Source: an uncultured Gemmatimonadales bacterium (GTDB lineage Bacteria > Gemmatimonadota > Gemmatimonadetes > Gemmatimonadales > Gemmatimonadaceae). Taken from it: a DNA stretch of 64,000 nt. A model generated the notes under the pieces. That model searched no databases. It was not told where the DNA came from and worked only from the letters and a program-made list of their open reading frames with translations. The DNA lies in NCBI GenBank assembly GCA_963850905.1, contig CAWKMU010000003.1:2752001-2816000 (forward strand), written 5' to 3'. A program made the translations under genes and the position numbers. Of this stretch, positions 59,524-64,000 are shown in pieces. Every line of letters begins with the position of its first letter. Position 1 is the first letter of the stretch.

Positions 59524-60857
59524 CACGGCGCGGGCTCGCCCTGCTCGCGGTCGCGGCCGCCCTGCTCGCTGCCTGTGAACCGGCGGCCCGTAGCGACGCG
59601 ACGGTGACATTGCGGTTCTGGGCTTTCGGCCACGAAGGCGAGGTGGTGCAGGCCATGATGCCGGCGTTCGAGCGCACGCACCCCGGCATCCACGTTCGCG
59701 TCGAGCAGATCCCATTCACCGCGGCGCACGAGAAGCTGTTGACCGCGGTGGTCGGCGGCGCGGCCCCCGACCTCGCGCAGCTGGGCAACACCTGGCTGCC
59801 CGAGCTTGGCACACTCCACGCGCTCGTGCCGCTCGATTCGCTCATCGATCGCTCTCGGGTGATCGCGCGCCCGGACTACTTCCCGGGCATCTGGGCGACG
59901 AACGTGCTCGCGGACACGACCTTCGGCGTGCCATGGTACGTCGACACACGGGTGCTCTTCTATCGGTCGGATCTGCTCGCGGATGCCGGCTATGCGCAGC
60001 CGCCCGCGACCTGGTCCGCGTGGTACGACGCCATGCGTCGCCTCCGCGCGCAGCGCGGCATCGGTCGCTACGGCGTGCTGCTACCTGTGAACGAGTGGGC
60101 GCAGCCTGTCATTCTGGGACTGGGGGCGGGAGCACCGCTGTTGCGCGATGGCGACCGATACGGCGATTTCACCGACCCGCGGTTTGCCGCCGCCTTCGCG
60201 TTCTACGTGCGTCTCTTCGACGACAGCCTCGCGCCGCCGGTGAGTAACACCCAGATCAGCAATCTGTACCAGTCGTTCGCGCGGGGGGACTTTGCGATGT
60301 TTGTTTCGGGGCCCTGGGACGTCGGCGAATGCCTCCGGCGACTCCCCGCCTCGCTGAGCGGTCACTGGATGACGACGCCAATGCCTGCGCCCGATCCGAT
60401 CGCGAGTATTCCCGCGACTGCCGTCATCGCGAGGGCCACCGACACGAGCGGTCCGGGCGCGTCGCTCGCCGGCGGCTCGAGCCTGGTGCTCTTCCGCGGG
60501 TCCAGGCATCAAGACGCGGCGTGGTCTCTGATTGAATATCTGTCAGACCCGGCGCAACAAGCGACGTTCTATCGACTCGCCGAGGATCTGCCGGCGCGTC
60601 GGTCGGCGTGGCGTGACTCGGCGATCGCTCGCAATCCGTACATGGCCGCCTTTGCGCGCCAGCTGACCGCGGTCCGGCCTACGCCACAGGTCTCCGAGTG
60701 GGATCAGATCACCGATATGATCACCAGCGCCGGGGAGATGGCTGTGCGCGGCGTGGCATCGCCCGGAGCGACGTTGGCGGGGCTCAATGCGGACGTCGAT
60801 CGTGCCCTCGCCAGACGGCGGTGGGTGATCGCGCGTACGGCTAGCGTCGGTCGCTGA
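59520..60857 (+). CDS. Oligosaccharide ABC transporter binding lipoprotein
   Basis: Lipobox LLAAC; PDLAQLGNTW, VPWYVDTRVLFYR, LAGGSSL. Confidence 0.92.
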   Translation: MTRRGLALLAVAAALLAACEPAARSDATVTLRFWAFGHEGEVVQAMMPAFERTHPGIHVRVEQIPFTAAHEKLLTAVVGGAAPDLAQLGNTWLPELGTLHALVPLDSLIDRSRVIARPDYFPGIWATNVLADTTFGVPWYVDTRVLFYRSDLLADAGYAQPPATWSAWYDAMRRLRAQRGIGRYGVLLPVNEWAQPVILGLGAGAPLLRDGDRYGDFTDPRFAAAFAFYVRLFDDSLAPPVSNTQISNLYQSFARGDFAMFVSGPWDVGECLRRLPASLSGHWMTTPMPAPDPIASIPATAVIARATDTSGPGASLAGGSSLVLFRGSRHQDAAWSLIEYLSDPAQQATFYRLAEDLPARRSAWRDSAIARNPYMAAFARQLTAVRPTPQVSEWDQITDMITSAGEMAVRGVASPGATLAGLNADVDRALARRRWVIARTASVGR

Positions 60858-60863
60858 GCGCGC

Positions 60864-61781
60864 ATGGCCTCGCAAGATCTCTCGGTTCACGACCAGGGCG
60901 GGCCTTCGGTGCGCCGCGCGGCGCTCATGTTCCTCGCGCCGGGCCTGCTGCTCATCCTCGTCACGTTCTTCCTGCCCGCCGTTGCATCGCTCCTCCTGAG
61001 CTTTACGGACTTCGATCTATACGCGGTCGCGTCGGGGGCCAACCTGCGCGTGGTCGGGCTGCAGAACTACAGCGCGCTCGTGCACGATCCGCTTTTCTGG
61101 ACCGCGCTCCGCAACACGCTGTATTACGTCCTCGTTGGCGGTCCACTCTCGGTCGCGGTCTCGCTCGGGGTCGCGCTGCTCCTGGACTCGCGGCTCGTGC
61201 GGTTCAAGGCCTTCTTCCGCACCGTGTTCTTTGCGCCGGTCGTCACGACGCTCGTCGCCGTCGCCGTCATCTTCAACTACCTGTACGCCCCCCGGGTCGG
61301 TCTGCTCGACATCGGCCTCCGCTCGGTGGGGCTGCCGTCCATTGATTGGCTGGGGTCCACCCAATGGGCGATGCCGGCGCTCATTCTCATGAGCGTGTGG
61401 AAGAGCTTCGGTTACAACATGATCATCTTCCTGGCGGGACTGCAGGCCGTCCCCGAGGAGTTGTACGACGCGGCACTGGTCGACGGCGCGGGCGCGTGGC
61501 AGCGATTCTGGTACGTGACGTTGCCGGCGCTCGCGCCGACGTTCCTCTTCGTCAGCATCACGACGATGATCGGCTATCTCCAGCTCTTCGTCGAGCCGTA
61601 TGTGATGACGCAGGGAGGTCCGCTCCACGCGACGACCAGCCTCGTGCTCTACATGTTCGACCAGGGCTTTCAGTGGTGGCACGTCGGCTTTGCCGCGGCC
61701 ATCGCGTTCGTGGTGTTCGTTCTGACCATCATTGGGGCAGCGCTGCAGTTGCGCGTGCGCCGCGACCCGGCGACGACATGA
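60864..61781 (+). CDS. Carbohydrate ABC permease (MalF-like)
   Basis: FLAGLQAVPEELYDAALVDGA EAA loop. Confidence 0.94.
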   Translation: MASQDLSVHDQGGPSVRRAALMFLAPGLLLILVTFFLPAVASLLLSFTDFDLYAVASGANLRVVGLQNYSALVHDPLFWTALRNTLYYVLVGGPLSVAVSLGVALLLDSRLVRFKAFFRTVFFAPVVTTLVAVAVIFNYLYAPRVGLLDIGLRSVGLPSIDWLGSTQWAMPALILMSVWKSFGYNMIIFLAGLQAVPEELYDAALVDGAGAWQRFWYVTLPALAPTFLFVSITTMIGYLQLFVEPYVMTQGGPLHATTSLVLYMFDQGFQWWHVGFAAAIAFVVFVLTIIGAALQLRVRRDPATT

Positions 61782-62623
61782 GCGGGCCGACAGGGGCGCG
61801 CGCGCGTGTGTGGGGGGCGACCTTCGCGCTCCACGCCGTGCTCCTCGCCATCGCCGGGCTGGCGATCGCGCCGCTCGCGTGGATGGTGGCGGCCTCTTTC
61901 ATGCCCACCGGTGCGGCGACAACCTACCCACCGCCCCTGCTGCCGCACCCGGCGACGCTCGCCCACTACCGCGAGCTGCTCACCCGACTGGACGTGGCTC
62001 GTGATTTTGGAAACAGTGTCCTCGTTTCGGTGCTCATCACGGCGTCCTCGCTCGTGATCAACTCGATGGCGGGCTACGCATTTGCCAAGTTGCGCTTTGG
62101 CGGCCGGGAGCGGTTGTTCCGTCTCTTGCTCTTGGGACTGTTCATCCCGCCCCAGGTCGCGATGCTCCCGCTGTTCATTCTCATGCGGCAGCTGCATCTC
62201 GTCGATAGCTTCGCCGCCGTTGTCATTCCGAGCATGGCCAGCGTATTCGGGATCTTTCTCATCCGACAGTACGTGCTCGGCATCCCCGATGAGCTCCTGG
62301 ATGCTGCGCGCGTCGACGGGGCGAGTGAGTTGCGGATCTATTGGTCGGTGATCCTGCCGCTCGCGGCACCGGTGCTCGTGACGCTGGCGATCTTCGTGTT
62401 CATGAGTGCCTGGAACGATTTTATGTGGCCGCTCATCGTGTTGACGGACAACGCCAAGTACACCTTGCCCGTCGGCCTGGCGAATCTCTCTGGCGAGCAT
62501 GTGCAGGACACCGAGCTCATGATGGCCGCGGCTGTCGTCACGCTCCTTCCTGTGCTCCTGCTGTTCGTGTCGCTGCAGCGGTACTATCTGCGAGGGATTA
62601 CCAGTGGGGCGGTGAAGGGGTGA
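61778..62623 (+). CDS. Carbohydrate ABC permease (MalG-like)
   Basis: AGYAFAK, IPDELLDAARVDGA, WNDFMWP; ATGA overlap. Confidence 0.94.
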   Translation: MSGPTGARARVWGATFALHAVLLAIAGLAIAPLAWMVAASFMPTGAATTYPPPLLPHPATLAHYRELLTRLDVARDFGNSVLVSVLITASSLVINSMAGYAFAKLRFGGRERLFRLLLLGLFIPPQVAMLPLFILMRQLHLVDSFAAVVIPSMASVFGIFLIRQYVLGIPDELLDAARVDGASELRIYWSVILPLAAPVLVTLAIFVFMSAWNDFMWPLIVLTDNAKYTLPVGLANLSGEHVQDTELMMAAAVVTLLPVLLLFVSLQRYYLRGITSGAVKG

Positions 62624-62625
62624 GG

Positions 62626-62872
62626 CCGGGTAACAGGTAACGGGTGACGGGAACGGCAACGACACTTGCAATCGGCGGGTAGGGGCGACGCAATGCGTCG
62701 CCCGCCGTTGGCCGAATCGCACACGACGCCCGCGCGTCGCATTTGGGGCGCCCCGACGAATCACGGCCGCATCGCCGCACCGTAGGGCGACGCATTGCGT
62801 CGCCCCTACCAGCCGTGGTCACGTTCATGGCCGTTACGCCGAAACCCCGTTAGACCTGTCACCCGTCACCTG
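62626..62872. repeat. REPIN-like inverted REP pair inside GGTRAC/GTCACC-type short repeats
   Basis: GTAGGGGCGACGCAATGCGTCGCCC at 62679; inverted copy ending CCCCTAC at 62809; lead-in similar to 31817-31848. Confidence 0.85.
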
Positions 62873-62877
62873 GCTTT

Positions 62878-63999
62878 TCACCCTCCCAAGCCATTCCGTT
62901 CAATCACCGCGCGGTAAAACTCGCCACTCGCCTTTATAACCCGCCGCTGCGTCGCGAAGTCGACATGGATCAGTCCGAATCGCTTCGAATAGCCCTGGGC
63001 CCACTCGAAGTTGTCGAGTAGCGACCACGCGAAATAACCGCGGAGGTCGACCCCCGCGTGTATGGCGTCGAGTGCTGCACGCAGGTGGGACCGGTAGTAC
63101 TCCAGCCGGAGGGGATCATTGATGCGGCCGCGCGTAGCGACTGGTGGATCGCGAAACGCCGCGCCGTTTTCGGCGATGTAGAGTGGGATGGGGCCGTATC
63201 GATCACGGACCCAGCGCAGGATGTCGGTGAGCCCCGCGGGGTACACCTCCCAGCCCATCTCCGTGTGAGCGCTCCGCCGTTGGAAAACCGCGCGGGCTCG
63301 CGTAGGGTACGCGCGGCGGTCCCCGCGGACCACTCTGCGCGAGTAGTAGTTCACGCCGATGAAATCGGTAGGCGTTCGGAGCGTCGCCGCCTCGTCGGAC
63401 GCCGCCGTCGGCCACGCATCGCCGAAGATGTCGCGCACTTCATCTGGGTAGGTGCCCAGAAGCACGGGATCGAGGTAGTAGCGATTCACGTAGGCATCGG
63501 CCCGTGCAGCCGCTGCCTGGTCCGCGGGCCGGGAGGAAGCGGGATATTGCGGCTCGAGGTTGACGACGATGCCGATCTGGTGCGCCCCGACGCTTCGGTA
63601 GGCGGCGACGCCCGCGGCATGAGCGCGGAGCAGGTTGTGCGCCGCACGTGGTGCCTCGAACCGATTCCGGTGTCCCGGTGCAAAGACGCCCCGGAGGTAG
63701 CCGCAATCTGCGACGATTCCCGGTTCGTTGAACGTCACCCACAACGCGACTCGGTCATCGAGCGCACGGGCAACGGCGGTCGTATAGTCGGCGAACCAGG
63801 ATGCGGAGTCAGGGTTGAGCCACCCGCCGCGGTCCTCGAGGTCGGCGGGCAGATCCCAGTGGAACAGCGTCAGGACCGGCTGTATGTTTGACGCCAACAA
63901 CTCATCCACGAGACGTTCGTAGAACGACAGTCCGGCACCGTTCACGCGACCGCGGCCGGTCGGCATGATGCGACTCCACGACACGCTGAATCGGTAGGC
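62878..63999 (-). CDS. GH1 beta-glucosidase, partial (5' end outside window)
   Basis: YRFSVSWSR, TLFHWDLP, TFNEP (acid/base), ENG (nucleophile), WSLLDNFEW. Confidence 0.95.
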   Translation of the reverse strand, partial: AYRFSVSWSRIMPTGRGRVNGAGLSFYERLVDELLASNIQPVLTLFHWDLPADLEDRGGWLNPDSASWFADYTTAVARALDDRVALWVTFNEPGIVADCGYLRGVFAPGHRNRFEAPRAAHNLLRAHAAGVAAYRSVGAHQIGIVVNLEPQYPASSRPADQAAAARADAYVNRYYLDPVLLGTYPDEVRDIFGDAWPTAASDEAATLRTPTDFIGVNYYSRRVVRGDRRAYPTRARAVFQRRSAHTEMGWEVYPAGLTDILRWVRDRYGPIPLYIAENGAAFRDPPVATRGRINDPLRLEYYRSHLRAALDAIHAGVDLRGYFAWSLLDNFEWAQGYSKRFGLIHVDFATQRRVIKASGEFYRAVIERNGLGG

Positions 64000-64000
64000 C

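Noticed and set aside
1..64000. Prophage, IS/transposase, defence system, tRNA or rRNA
   Set aside because: No integrase, transposase, phage or defence motifs and no RNA-gene signatures recognised

Overview
GC-rich bacterial chromosomal segment, probably Gemmatimonadota (inferred from protein families, not proven). About 53 coding regions; no rRNA, tRNA, CRISPR array, transposase or phage gene recognised. Main loci: (i) TMEM175 K+ channel, serine hydrolase, a DGPF(YciI)/ECF42 sigma pair with its TGTCGA..CGAC promoter (the sigma gene is split by a +1 frameshift), an Ntn acylase and a Tat peptidase E; (ii) a CzcCBA-like RND pump; (iii) a 13 kb sugar/amino-sugar-acid cluster (Rbs-type ABC, atypical ROK, ACS-type MFS, signal-peptide RidA, Tat-exported SelA/DgaE-like PLP enzyme, exported amidohydrolase, dgoK-dgoA without dgoD, second RidA, APC permease); (iv) M14 peptidase, a PHM-like copper monooxygenase-type protein, esterase, SixA (also +1 frameshift), an 8x Big_2 lipoprotein, a pentapeptide-repeat membrane protein and mtnA; (v) an imuA-imuB-dnaE2 cassette with a candidate direct-repeat SOS box and GTAG-type REP palindromes inserted in frame in imuB and dnaE2; (vi) aroH, infA, Slt, PAP2, ABC exporter, a pilin-head-like protein, aceA and a PfpI remnant; (vii) a GH144-ABC-GH1 beta-glucan locus. 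Intergenic DNA carries nested repeats: heptamer arrays bracketing REP pairs or a 20-bp hairpin. Best candidates for novelty are the REP-derived peptide inserts in the mutasome genes and a possible extracytoplasmic amino-sugar-acid deamination route feeding DgoK/DgoA. All calls come from reading motifs by eye; no database search was run.
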